NCBI GenBank assembly: GCA_040289515.1 | Contig: PSLI01000013.1 | Coordinates: forward strand, 1-38,368 | Reading direction: 5' to 3' | Source: Candidatus Sysuimicrobiota bacterium | GTDB lineage: Bacteria > Sysuimicrobiota > Sysuimicrobiia > Sysuimicrobiales > Sysuimicrobiaceae | DNA length: 38,368 nucleotides | Shown here: positions 1 to 9,059 of the stretch, piece after piece | Numbering within the stretch: the first letter of the stretch is position 1 | Layout of the letters: every line of letters begins with the position of its first letter | Notes under the pieces: model-generated | What the model saw: only the letters and a program-made list of their open reading frames with translations | Database searches by the model: none | Told to the model about the DNA's origin: nothing | Program-made: the position numbers and the translations under genes

Positions 1-3
1 GGG

Positions 4-75
4 CTACTCCGTTATCCCGTGTTCCCGCAGGATCCGCCACACCTTCCACGGGGTTATGGGCATGTCGATGTGGCG
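4..75 (-). pseudogene. Orphan C-terminal fragment resembling aerobic CO dehydrogenase / xanthine dehydrogenase-family large subunit (CoxL-like)
   Basis: Manual translation of the minus strand gives RHIDMPITPWKVWRILREHGITE* (TAG at 4-6), resembling the 'HIDMPxTPxxVW' end of CoxL-family proteins. Similarity stops at 75 and the frame is closed by a stop at 130-132. Confidence 0.55.
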
Positions 76-157
76 ACATTTTGTCACGACGCTCTGGCCC
101 CTGGCGGCCCAGTAGGCCACCGGCAGGAGCTACGGCTTCCGAAACCGCCAAATCTAC

Positions 158-364
158 GTGCAGAAAAATGTTCTTGGGCTGACAACCCTGGAGCCGGGCG
201 GGGTGATTGCCCTTCACCGACTGGGCCCGCAGGTGGTGGAACTGCGCGCGGGGGATGCGGTATTTATCCCCGCGGGCGTGCGCATCGCTACGAGAACCCC
301 GGGGCCGGACCGCGCGGAGTTCCTGGCGTGGTGCCCCCACACCGCCACTTACGAGACGCAGTGA
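158..364 (+). pseudogene. Cupin-domain protein, apparently internally deleted
   Basis: LTTLEPGGVIALH is joined directly to RLGPQVVELRAGDAVFIPAGVR (cupin motif 2). The HxH..E..Y.L.G part of motif 1 is missing and there is no clear RBS. Confidence 0.45.
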
Positions 365-398
365 CTGGAGTAGAGCAGCCAGGCTTGTGCCCAGCCGG

Positions 399-1391
399 CT
401 ACGCCCGCACCTCCTGCCGTTGGAACAGCACGTAGGTAACCGCAAACAGCAGGATGACCACCGCTACCAGGGCGGTGAACTGCGGCCACACAATGAGCAG
501 GCTCTGCCCCAGGGGCAGGGGTGTACCCAGCACCGCGCCCTCCAGCTGCGTGATGAGCACCGGGCCCAAGGACCGCACCGCGGGGTTTAGCAAGGCGATC
601 ACGGTCTCCGCGTACAGGGTGTTGGGTGAGAAACGCGCCAGCAGCAGGTGCAGGCGTGCCTGTGCCAGCTCCTCCGCCACCCCCCCGTATTGTGTGGGCC
701 GCAGTGCTTGGGAGGTCAGGGCCGCCAGCATGTCCCAGAACACCGCGAACAGCAGCCACACGGCGATGGCGGTCATGGCGGAGGTGGCAGGCTGGCGGAA
801 CAAGGTGGAGAACAGCATGCTGAGGCTCATCCAGATGCCCGCGTAGGCCAGGGTGGCCACCAAGAACAGCAGGCCGCGCGCCACCTCCTCCCCGCCCGGG
901 GGAATCCCCAGCACGAACAGCCCCATGCCCGTCACCACCACCCATAGGGCCACCAGGGTGATGGCCAGGGTCGCGAGACCCGCCAGGAACTTCCCCAGGA
1001 TCAGCGCGTCCCGGTAGATGGGCTGGCTCAGCACCCGGCTCAGGGTCCTGCGGTTGTACTCCCCGTTGATGGCGTCAAACCCCAGGGCGATGGCGGTGAG
1101 GGGGATCAAGAACCCCAAGAACCCCACGAAGGAAGGTAATGGCTCCCGGGCCGTGGTGAACAGCCGGAGGAAGAGGAAGGGGTCCTCCCCGATGGTCTGG
1201 CGGATGCTCTGGGTGGCCGCGTACACGGTCCCCACCGCGGTGAGAAGCATGAGGGTCTCCAGGATCTGCATCCGCACCCCGGTCAGGTGGTCCGCCAGCT
1301 CCTTGGCCACCACCGCCTGCAGGCCCGTCCACGGCGAACCTTCCCGCCGGGGTGCGGGCTGCGCGGGCGAGCGAGCCACCTCCGTGCTCAT
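399..1391 (-). CDS. ABC-2-type transporter permease (NosY/ABC2_membrane_2-like)
   Basis: Multiple hydrophobic segments, '[30 protein letters not shown]' signature, ATGA overlap with the ATPase gene, GGAGG RBS. Confidence 0.9.
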   Translation of the reverse strand: MSTEVARSPAQPAPRREGSPWTGLQAVVAKELADHLTGVRMQILETLMLLTAVGTVYAATQSIRQTIGEDPFLFLRLFTTAREPLPSFVGFLGFLIPLTAIALGFDAINGEYNRRTLSRVLSQPIYRDALILGKFLAGLATLAITLVALWVVVTGMGLFVLGIPPGGEEVARGLLFLVATLAYAGIWMSLSMLFSTLFRQPATSAMTAIAVWLLFAVFWDMLAALTSQALRPTQYGGVAEELAQARLHLLLARFSPNTLYAETVIALLNPAVRSLGPVLITQLEGAVLGTPLPLGQSLLIVWPQFTALVAVVILLFAVTYVLFQRQEVRA

Positions 1392-2332
1392 GCCGCACCT
1401 CCCGCCTGCGATTCCACCTGCTGGAAGTACCGGGCGTACACCTCGTCCAGCCCCGGACGATCCACGGTGAGGGCCAGCAACTCACCGGTGGCCACCACCC
1501 GCCGGGCGATCTCCGCCCGGCAGTCATGCCGCGCCTCCACCCGGTAGGTGTGGTCCTCCGTGCGGCTCACCCGCACCACCCCGGGGACCTCCCGAAGCAC
1601 CCGCTCCACTTCCAGCCCCCGGGCCTCCACGTGAATGCGGTACGCGCCTCCCAGCACCCGCTCCCGCAGCTCGTCCACGGTGCCCTCCAGGACCATGCGG
1701 CCCTGGTGGAACAGGCCCACCCGGTCGCACACGCTCTGCACCTGGTGCAGCAGGTGCGAGGCCAGCAGCACCGTAAGGCCATCCCTCTTCAGGGTACGGA
1801 TGAGGGCCAAAAACTCCAGCGCCGCTTCGGGGTCCAGTCCAAGGGTGGGCTCGTCCAGAATGGCCACCTGGGGCCGCTTCAACAGCACGTCCGCAAGACC
1901 CAGGCGCTGCTTCATGCCCCGGGAGAAGGTGCCCACCTTGCGGTGGGCCACCTCCAGCAGGCCCATGCGCTCCAGCACCTCACCGATCCTGGATTGGGCC
2001 TCCGCGGAGGACAGCCCGTTGAGGGCGGCGGTGTACCGTAGGTTCTCCCACGCGGTGAGCTCATCATAGAAGCCCACGGAGTCGGGCAGGTAGCCCACCC
2101 GCCGCTTCACCTCCAAGGGCTGCCGGGTAGGATCCCAGCCCAGCACCCGGGCGCTGCCTGCGGTGGGTTCCGTGAGCCCCAGCAGCATAAGGATGGTGGT
2201 GGTCTTGCCAGACCCGTTCGGGCCCAGCAGGCCGAACACCTCCCCCGCGTGCAGCCGCAGGTGTAGGTCCTCGACCGCCACCACGTCGCCGTACCGCTTG
2301 CTGAGGCCGAAGGTCTCGACGGCCAGGCTCAT
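1388..2332 (-). CDS. ABC transporter ATP-binding protein
   Basis: Walker A GPNGSGKT, signature FSRGMKQ, Walker B ILDEP, H-loop SH. Start re-called to ATG 2332, which overlaps the upstream stop (ATGA). Confidence 0.93.
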   Translation of the reverse strand: MSLAVETFGLSKRYGDVVAVEDLHLRLHAGEVFGLLGPNGSGKTTTILMLLGLTEPTAGSARVLGWDPTRQPLEVKRRVGYLPDSVGFYDELTAWENLRYTAALNGLSSAEAQSRIGEVLERMGLLEVAHRKVGTFSRGMKQRLGLADVLLKRPQVAILDEPTLGLDPEAALEFLALIRTLKRDGLTVLLASHLLHQVQSVCDRVGLFHQGRMVLEGTVDELRERVLGGAYRIHVEARGLEVERVLREVPGVVRVSRTEDHTYRVEARHDCRAEIARRVVATGELLALTVDRPGLDEVYARYFQQVESQAGGAA

Positions 2333-3480
2333 CGCCGCCCGTACCGGGACACCGCCTGCCCCACCACCACCAGGGCGGCTGCGATGAGGACCACCCCCAC
2401 GATCCCCCACAGGGTACGGGTGAGGACCGTGATGCGGAAGTCCGCGGAACTGGACACGTCGTTGCCGCTGGCGGTGATGGTCACCATGTAGTCCCCCGCG
2501 ATGGCCCGCGGAGACGGCCGCACCCGCGCCGTCACCTCCCGCTGCCCGCGCGGGGGGATCTCGTCGATGCGCTCGGGCTCGAAGGTGACCTCCCACCCGG
2601 AGGGCGGGGAAGCGGACAGGGACACGTTGCGGGCCGGCGCGGAGCCCTCGTTCTTGACCACCACCTTCAGGGGCTCCGTAGCGCCCGCGTACGCCCGGCC
2701 CGAAAGGCGCCCTTCCGGTGCGGTGACCCGCAGCTCCGGGCGCCCTGTCACCACCGCGACAAGCCGCGCGGTGGTGTTGGCGCCGCGACCCACCGCGCGC
2801 ACGGTGATGGGGTAGGTGCCCGCGGGCGTGTTCTGCGGCATGCTCACCTCCACCTCCAGCTCGCGCGACTCACCCGCCTTCACAGGGACGCTGGTGACCT
2901 GCTGGGCCAGGAGGGTGAAGTTCACCTGGAAGCCGCGGGGAGCTTCCGCGTCCAGCTGCACCAGCTGATCCTGGTCACTGTCGTTGCGCAGGGTGACCCG
3001 GTAGCGGAAGGTGGAGGTGGCCGGGCCCCTGAGGGTGGGCAGCTCCGGTTCCAGGCTCAACCGCGGGGGCAGAACCTGGCCCAGGGTGACCTCCAGGGGC
3101 AGGGAGGCGCTGGATCCCTGGCCCACGGCTACCACCCGGAACCGGTACGTACCCGCCCGCACCCCGCGGGGTGGGTCAAGCCGCAGGGTGACGGTGGCCT
3201 CCCCGTCCGGGATGACGGACACCGCCTGCACCACGCGGCCGCTGGCCAGGAACCGGGCCCGCCAGCCGCCGGGGGCCTCTGCCCGCAGGGTCACCACCTG
3301 TGGGGGAAGACTGAAGTTGCGCACGGTGATGCTTAACGTTACGGGTTCGCCCGCCCGTACGGTTTGCGCGGGGTACTGCGTATACACCGCGAGCCCGCGG
3401 AAAGCGGGCGCACCCAATGCGGACCCTGCCACGCTCACCGCCAGGATCACCGTGAGCACCGTCCACCCGACTGCCCGCAT
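2329..3480 (-). CDS. Exported NEW3/NPCBM-associated (Ig-like repeat) protein with C-terminal membrane anchor
   Basis: Signal peptide [23 protein letters not shown], three beta-rich repeats (..V.N....P.GW/GF....GTY/GDY..), C-terminal TM helix then RYGRR. Strong RBS GGAGGAGGTG before ATG 3480. Confidence 0.82.
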   Translation of the reverse strand: MRAVGWTVLTVILAVSVAGSALGAPAFRGLAVYTQYPAQTVRAGEPVTLSITVRNFSLPPQVVTLRAEAPGGWRARFLASGRVVQAVSVIPDGEATVTLRLDPPRGVRAGTYRFRVVAVGQGSSASLPLEVTLGQVLPPRLSLEPELPTLRGPATSTFRYRVTLRNDSDQDQLVQLDAEAPRGFQVNFTLLAQQVTSVPVKAGESRELEVEVSMPQNTPAGTYPITVRAVGRGANTTARLVAVVTGRPELRVTAPEGRLSGRAYAGATEPLKVVVKNEGSAPARNVSLSASPPSGWEVTFEPERIDEIPPRGQREVTARVRPSPRAIAGDYMVTITASGNDVSSSADFRITVLTRTLWGIVGVVLIAAALVVVGQAVSRYGRR

Positions 3481-3589
3481 CCAACACCTCCTCCGTACTG
3501 GTTCCGTGAGGTCCAACAAGCACGGGTGCGCATCGCACCCTCCTCTACATACGATACCGGGCGCCTTCAAGGTTCGCTTCCTGCCCCGG

Positions 3590-3607
3590 CCCCGCGCTGC
3601 TGCGGGG
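3590..3607 (-). terminator. Possible hairpin directly after the lipid kinase stop
   Basis: CCCCGC-AGCAGC-GCGGGG on the minus strand immediately after TGA. No U tract, so terminator function is uncertain. Confidence 0.25.
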
Positions 3608-4492
3608 TCAGGGAGCCAGCACCTCCAGGGCGCCAGGCTGCACGCGGAAGCGGGCGGGCGTGGTGCCCACCGGCTCGCCATCCGCGTGCACCGCAAGGGG
3701 GATGGAGGCGTCCACCACCACCTCCCGCGCCGCCGCCCGCGCCACCTTGGGATGGCCCAGGTGCGCTCCCCGGTACAGCAACAGCAGCATCCGGAAAGCC
3801 TCCAGCTTCCGGATATCCCCGATACGCACCACCTCCAGCTCCCCATCGTCGGGGCGGGCATCGGGGCACATGCGGACGCCCCCCGCGTACGCGGGCGCGT
3901 TGCCCACCGCCACCAGAAAGGCCCGCGCGCTCCACGGGACGCCGTCCAGCCACACGTCCACCTCTGTAGGCCGGTAGCGGACCAGGGTGCGGAAGATGCC
4001 CGCCACGTACATGGTTGTGCCCCGGACCCACCTGCGCCGCAGGTTGACCCAACGCGCCACCTCCGCGTCGAAGCCCACGCCGGCCACGTTCACGAACCAC
4101 CGGTTGTTCACGCGTCCCAGGTCCACCCGCCGCCGCCGACCTGACAGCAGCACCTCCACCGCCCGCCCGGCGTCCAGGGGCATCCCGAGGCACGCGGCGA
4201 AGTCGTTGGCCGTCCCCAAGGGCACCACTCCCAGGGCCACGGAGCCCAGGGCCCCGCACCGGGCAAGGCCGTTGGACACCTCGTTGGCGGTGCCGTCCCC
4301 CCCCACGGCCAGAACCACGTCCGCTCCGGAGCGCGCCCCCTGTGCAGCCAGTTCCACCGCGTGGCCGGGTGCTTCTGACCGCACCTCCTCCACCCGCCAG
4401 CCCGCGGAGACCAGGCGGTCCCGCAGCCGGGGCCACGCGCGGACCGCCCGGCCCCGTCCGGCTACGGGGTTCACCACCGCCACCGTTCTCAC
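3608..4492 (-). CDS. Diacylglycerol kinase-family lipid kinase (YegS/BmrU/DagK-like)
   Basis: NPVAG, VGGDGTANEV, PLGTANDFA, VDLG, GVGFDA, DDGEL and DGE motifs. Confidence 0.92.
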   Translation of the reverse strand: MRTVAVVNPVAGRGRAVRAWPRLRDRLVSAGWRVEEVRSEAPGHAVELAAQGARSGADVVLAVGGDGTANEVSNGLARCGALGSVALGVVPLGTANDFAACLGMPLDAGRAVEVLLSGRRRRVDLGRVNNRWFVNVAGVGFDAEVARWVNLRRRWVRGTTMYVAGIFRTLVRYRPTEVDVWLDGVPWSARAFLVAVGNAPAYAGGVRMCPDARPDDGELEVVRIGDIRKLEAFRMLLLLYRGAHLGHPKVARAAAREVVVDASIPLAVHADGEPVGTTPARFRVQPGALEVLAP

Positions 4493-4505
4493 CTGCGCCC
4501 CACCG

Positions 4506-4814
4506 TCACCCGTACCGATACTGGATGCCGAAGCCGCCTCGTGGTGGACGCCAGTCGATCACCCGATACGGGCAGCCCACCAGACACGAGGTGCACTCCA
4601 CGCAGTTCTCGTACGCGACCACGATGCGGGCCTGCGCGGGGTCCCACTCGTACACCTTGGCGGGGCAGAAGGTGGTGCACGGCCGACGCCACTCGTCCCC
4701 GCAACGGTCCGCGCACGTGCGCGGGTCCGTGATGGTGATGTGGCTGGTACGGTCGTGCTTCCACCGGAGGGTGTACAGCTTGTCCTCCACCCGCACGGGC
4801 GTGTACGCCTCCAT
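4506..4814 (-). CDS. fixX: FixX-type ferredoxin (probably 2x[4Fe-4S])
   Basis: Eight Cys (CxxxC..CxxxCP..CxxCxxCxxxCP), C-terminal 'PRGGFGIQYRYG' typical of FixX, adjacent to fixC. RBS GGGAGGGAG before ATG 4814. Confidence 0.88.
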   Translation of the reverse strand: MEAYTPVRVEDKLYTLRWKHDRTSHITITDPRTCADRCGDEWRRPCTTFCPAKVYEWDPAQARIVVAYENCVECTSCLVGCPYRVIDWRPPRGGFGIQYRYG

Positions 4815-4824
4815 GGCTCCCTCC

Positions 4825-6132
4825 CTACCGGATCGCCTTCCACACCTGGTACAGGTCCCGCACCAGGGCCCACGGGGGCCGGCGGCGGACGACCTCGCGC
4901 CAAATTCTGCGCTGCTTTTCACGCTTGGGCAGCCCGTCCACGGTGAGCATCTCGTGGGCCGCGTAGTTTGCGAGCTCCGTGTAGGTGGCGAACAGGTCCG
5001 GCCGGCGCTCCACCAGCTCCGGCAGGTCCCGGTACTTCCGCAGGTCCTGCAGCACGAAGGACTCCTCCAGCTTGGCCGCGTACAGGGCCAGGGTCCGGGC
5101 GCTCGTGTCTTTGTGCCGCTTGGCTTCCACCACCGTCTCGCCAGCCAGCCGGCCCGCGGTCATGGCCAGGTTGCTGCCCTCCCGGTGCAGACCGTTCACC
5201 ATCATGGCCGCGTCCCCCGCCACCAGCACCCCGTCCCCGTACAGCTTCGGCATGGCGCGCAACCCGCCCTCCGGGATGGCGTGCGCGCTGTACTCCCACG
5301 TCTCCCCGCCCGCCAGCAGGGGTCGGACCAGGGGGTGGCGCTTCAGACCCTCCAGCAGCTCGTAGGGGGGGATGCGGGTCCGCATCAGGTGCGACAGCAG
5401 CACCCCCACGCCCACGGACACGGAGTCGTGGTTGGTGTACACGAACCCGTAGCCGGACATGCCGCGGGTGACCGCACCGTAGATCTCGATGGTGACCCCC
5501 TGCCCGCGCTCCAGGTTGAAGCGAGCCTCGATGACCTCCGCCGGCAGGCCGATGACCTCCTTCACACCCAGCGCCAGGTGGTGCGGCTCCACCGGGTGGT
5601 CCCGCAGCTTCGCCCGCTGGACCAGGGCGGAGTTCACTCCGTCACACAGGACCACCACGTCCGCGTACAGGTCTCCCTCCTCGCGTCCCGTGCGCACCCC
5701 CACCACCCGTCCGTCCTGCCACAGGAGATCCTCCACCGTGGTGCCAGGCACCAAGAGCGCACCCGCCTCCTCCGCCTTCTGGGCAAACCACCGGTCCCAC
5801 CTGGCGCGCAGCACCGTGAAGGCGTTGGGGCATCCGTCGGGGTGGTAGACGCCGTGCACACTGCGCAGGCCCACGCTGAGGGCGCTGTCGTCCGTGGCCA
5901 GCCACACCCGTTCCTCCACCACCACCCGCTCGATGGGAGCGTCCTGCTTCCAGAACTCCGGCACCACGTCCGCGACCATCGAGCCGTACAGGACCCCGCC
6001 CATGACGTTCTTGGCACCCGGGTACTCGCCGCGTTCCAGGACCACCACGCTCAGCCCCGCCCGGGCCATGGTGATGGCGGCGGCGACCCCCGCAGGCCCG
6101 GCTCCCACCACGATGGCGTCGAACTTCTCCAA
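4825..6132 (-). CDS. fixC: FixC-family FAD-dependent oxidoreductase (ETF:quinone oxidoreductase flavoprotein)
   Basis: GAGPAG FAD motif, ERGEYPGAKNVMGG, EYSAHAIPEGG, VAGDAA..HREGSNLAM. TTG start with GGAGGTGG RBS. Confidence 0.88.
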   Translation of the reverse strand: MEKFDAIVVGAGPAGVAAAITMARAGLSVVVLERGEYPGAKNVMGGVLYGSMVADVVPEFWKQDAPIERVVVEERVWLATDDSALSVGLRSVHGVYHPDGCPNAFTVLRARWDRWFAQKAEEAGALLVPGTTVEDLLWQDGRVVGVRTGREEGDLYADVVVLCDGVNSALVQRAKLRDHPVEPHHLALGVKEVIGLPAEVIEARFNLERGQGVTIEIYGAVTRGMSGYGFVYTNHDSVSVGVGVLLSHLMRTRIPPYELLEGLKRHPLVRPLLAGGETWEYSAHAIPEGGLRAMPKLYGDGVLVAGDAAMMVNGLHREGSNLAMTAGRLAGETVVEAKRHKDTSARTLALYAAKLEESFVLQDLRKYRDLPELVERRPDLFATYTELANYAAHEMLTVDGLPKREKQRRIWREVVRRRPPWALVRDLYQVWKAIR

Positions 6133-6153
6133 TCCACCACCTCCGTTTCGCCT

Positions 6154-7566
6154 TCAGCGCAGGAGGGCCGCCACCCGCTGTACCCAGCTGGTGAGGGGCC
6201 CCGGCAACACCCCGAACAGGAGGGTACAAGCCGCGCTGAGCGTCACCCCCACACCCGCCCAGGGCGCGGGCTGTACCCTCACGCCCGCGCGCGCAGGTCC
6301 CAGGTACGCGGCGTAGGCAGCCCGCAGGTAGTACGCCACGGACACCACGCTGGTGGCCACGCCCACGAGGGCCAGCCACACCAACCCCGCCTGCAGGGCC
6401 GCGGTGAACAGGTAGAACTTGCCCAAAAACCCTGCGGTGGGCGGCAGACCCGTAAGGGACGCCATGGACAGCGCGAAAGCGGCGGCCATGGCGGGAGACC
6501 GGTCCGCCAGACCCCGCAGGTCCTCCACCTCGTCCGCCTCCGAACCGGCCCGTTCCAGGAACGTTAGCACACCGAAGGCAGCCAGGTTCATGGCCCCGTA
6601 CACCGCCAGGTAGTACACCGTGCTCCACACGCCCAGCGCGTTGCCCGCGGCCACGCCCAGCAGCAGGTAGCCCGCGTGCGCCACGCTGGAGTAGGCTAGC
6701 ATGCGCTTCAGGTTGGTCTGCCGCAAAGCTCCCAGGTTGCCCACCACCATGGTGGCTGCGGAGGCTGCGGCCACCAGCGGCTGCCAGGTCGCCAACAGGT
6801 GCGGCAGGGTAACGGGGAGCACCCGCAACAGGGCACCCACCGCGCCCACCTTGGCCAGCACCGACATGAAGGCCACCGCGGGGACCGGAGCGCCCTCGTA
6901 CACATCCGGGGCCCACGCGTGGAAGGGGACCACCGCCGCCTTGAAGCCCAACCCCACCACCACCAACCCCACGCCCACCAGGAGCGGGAAGGAGGCTTCC
7001 GCCTGCGCCAGGCGGGCCAGGCTGGTGCTGCTCGTCACCCCGTAGACCAGCGCCACCCCGTACAGCAACAGGGCGGAGGCGAAGGAGCCCAGCAGGAAGT
7101 ACTTCAGGGACGCTTCTTGCGACCGCTGGCTGTCGAGCGCGAAGCCCGCCAGCACATACAGGGGAAGCGACAGGGTCTCCAGGGCCACGAACAGGAACAA
7201 CAGGTCCTGGCTCGCTACGAGGAGCATGGCCCCCACGGTGGACAGCAGCAAGAGGGCGTAGTACTCCCCGCGATCCAGCCCCCTACGCACCAGGTAGTCA
7301 CGCGCCAGCAAAAGGCCCACCACGGAGGAGGCCAGTCCCACCAGCTGCAGGGCGTTGGCAAGCCCGTCCCGCGCGTACAGACGTCCGAAGGCAGCTTCCC
7401 CCACCCGGCCCACCAGGCTCGCCGCCGTGGCCAGCCCCACGAGCCCCACCACCAGCCATGCGGCGCGTGCCCGCACCCCGCGGACGAACACGTCGCCCAC
7501 CAGCACCGCCGCCGCAGCCAGCGCCACGGCCAGCTCCGGGAGCACCGGATTCAGGTCCACCCTCAC
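6154..7566 (-). CDS. nuoN: NADH-quinone oxidoreductase subunit N
   Basis: EASLKYFLLGS, FKAAVVPFHAWAPDVYEGAP, KRMLAYSSVAHAGY. GTG start overlaps the nuoM stop. Confidence 0.95.
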   Translation of the reverse strand: MRVDLNPVLPELAVALAAAAVLVGDVFVRGVRARAAWLVVGLVGLATAASLVGRVGEAAFGRLYARDGLANALQLVGLASSVVGLLLARDYLVRRGLDRGEYYALLLLSTVGAMLLVASQDLLFLFVALETLSLPLYVLAGFALDSQRSQEASLKYFLLGSFASALLLYGVALVYGVTSSTSLARLAQAEASFPLLVGVGLVVVGLGFKAAVVPFHAWAPDVYEGAPVPAVAFMSVLAKVGAVGALLRVLPVTLPHLLATWQPLVAAASAATMVVGNLGALRQTNLKRMLAYSSVAHAGYLLLGVAAGNALGVWSTVYYLAVYGAMNLAAFGVLTFLERAGSEADEVEDLRGLADRSPAMAAAFALSMASLTGLPPTAGFLGKFYLFTAALQAGLVWLALVGVATSVVSVAYYLRAAYAAYLGPARAGVRVQPAPWAGVGVTLSAACTLLFGVLPGPLTSWVQRVAALLR

Positions 7567-9059
7567 GGCCTCGCTCCCCAGGCGGGGCCCACCGCCTGCG
7601 CGGGTGCCACCCGCTGCACCAAGGCCTGGACCGCGGCCTCGCTGCGAACGAGCCACGGCCGCGGGTACAGGCCAATCCACAAGATGGCCACCACCAGCAC
7701 CCCCAACGCCGCGAGCTCATGCCCCCGCAGGGGCGCAAACCTCCGTACTTCGGGCTGCACCGGCCCGAAGTACACGCGCTGCACCATCCACAGCAGGTAC
7801 ACCGCGGACAGCACCACCCCCCCCGCGGCCAAGGCGGCCCAAAGGGGGTGCCTGCGGAACGCTCCCAGCAGCACCAAGAACTCCCCCACGAACCCGTTGG
7901 TTCCCGGCAGCGCCGCGGAGGAGAACACCACGAACAAGGACAAAGCCGCGAAGGTGGGCATCACCCGCGCCACCCCTCCGAAGGCGTCCAGCTGTCGCGT
8001 GTGCGCCCGCTCGTACAGAACCCCCACCAGCAGGAACAGGCCCCCCGTGGAGATCCCGTGGTTGACCATCTGCAGCAGGGCCCCCGAAAGCCCCTGCGGG
8101 TTGAAGGCAAACGTCCCCAGCACCACCAAACCCAGGTGGCTGACGGAGGAGTACGCCACGAGACGCTTCACGTCCGCTTGTGCGTACGCCACGGCAGCCC
8201 CATACAGGATCCCCACCACCCCCAGGGCAAGGAACAAAGCTGCCGCGTCCTGAGCCGCCTGGGGGAACAGGGTCAGCCCGAAGCGCACCAGGCCGTAGGT
8301 TCCCATCTTCAGCAGCACCCCTGCCAGGATCACGCTCCCCGCGGTGGGCGCCTCCGTGTGGGCATCCGGCAGCCACGTGTGCAGCGGAAACAGGGGCACC
8401 TTGATGGCGAAGGCGACCGCAAAGGCAGCAAACAGCCAGGCCTGCGCCGGCCGGGGCAGGGAGACGTTCACGAGCTGCAGGAAGTCGAAGGTGCCGGCAA
8501 GCAGGTACAGGCCCGCGATGGCCAGCAGCATCAGCACGCTGCCCGCCATGGTGAACAGGAAGAACTTCAAGGCTGCGTAGGCGCGCCGCTCGGATCCCCA
8601 CAGGCCGATGAGGAAGTACATGGGCACCAGCACCGCTTCCCAGAACACGTAGAACAGCACCAGGTCCAGGGCCAAGAAGGTGCCCAGCACCGCGGTTTCC
8701 AGGAGGAGCAGCAGGACCAGGTACTCCTTGACCCGCGTGCGCACCGCGTCCCAGGTTCCCACCAGGGCCACGGGGAACAGGAACGCAGCAAGCACCACCA
8801 GGGGCAGGGAGATGCCGTCCACGCCCAGGTGGTAGCCGATGCCCAGGGGTGCCACCCACGGGGCCCGCTCCCGTAGCCAGAACCCTGGCTCGCCGCGGGG
8901 CGCCTGCCAGAACAGCACCGCCGCCAGCGCCAGGGGGACGAGGGTGGCCGCAAGGGCCACGCCCCGTAACAGCCCGTCCCGCCGGGGCAGAAGGGCTAAC
9001 AGAAGCGCACCCGCCAGAGGCGTAAACACAAGGGCGGACAGCACCCAGGATCCGCTCAT
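7563..9059 (-). CDS. nuoM: NADH-quinone oxidoreductase subunit M
   Basis: GVDGIS, FYVFWE, IKVPLFPLHTWLPDAHTEAP, LLKMGTYG, LPGTNGFVGE. ATGA overlap with the nuoL stop. Confidence 0.96.
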   Translation of the reverse strand: MSGSWVLSALVFTPLAGALLLALLPRRDGLLRGVALAATLVPLALAAVLFWQAPRGEPGFWLRERAPWVAPLGIGYHLGVDGISLPLVVLAAFLFPVALVGTWDAVRTRVKEYLVLLLLLETAVLGTFLALDLVLFYVFWEAVLVPMYFLIGLWGSERRAYAALKFFLFTMAGSVLMLLAIAGLYLLAGTFDFLQLVNVSLPRPAQAWLFAAFAVAFAIKVPLFPLHTWLPDAHTEAPTAGSVILAGVLLKMGTYGLVRFGLTLFPQAAQDAAALFLALGVVGILYGAAVAYAQADVKRLVAYSSVSHLGLVVLGTFAFNPQGLSGALLQMVNHGISTGGLFLLVGVLYERAHTRQLDAFGGVARVMPTFAALSLFVVFSSAALPGTNGFVGEFLVLLGAFRRHPLWAALAAGGVVLSAVYLLWMVQRVYFGPVQPEVRRFAPLRGHELAALGVLVVAILWIGLYPRPWLVRSEAAVQALVQRVAPAQAVGPAWGARP

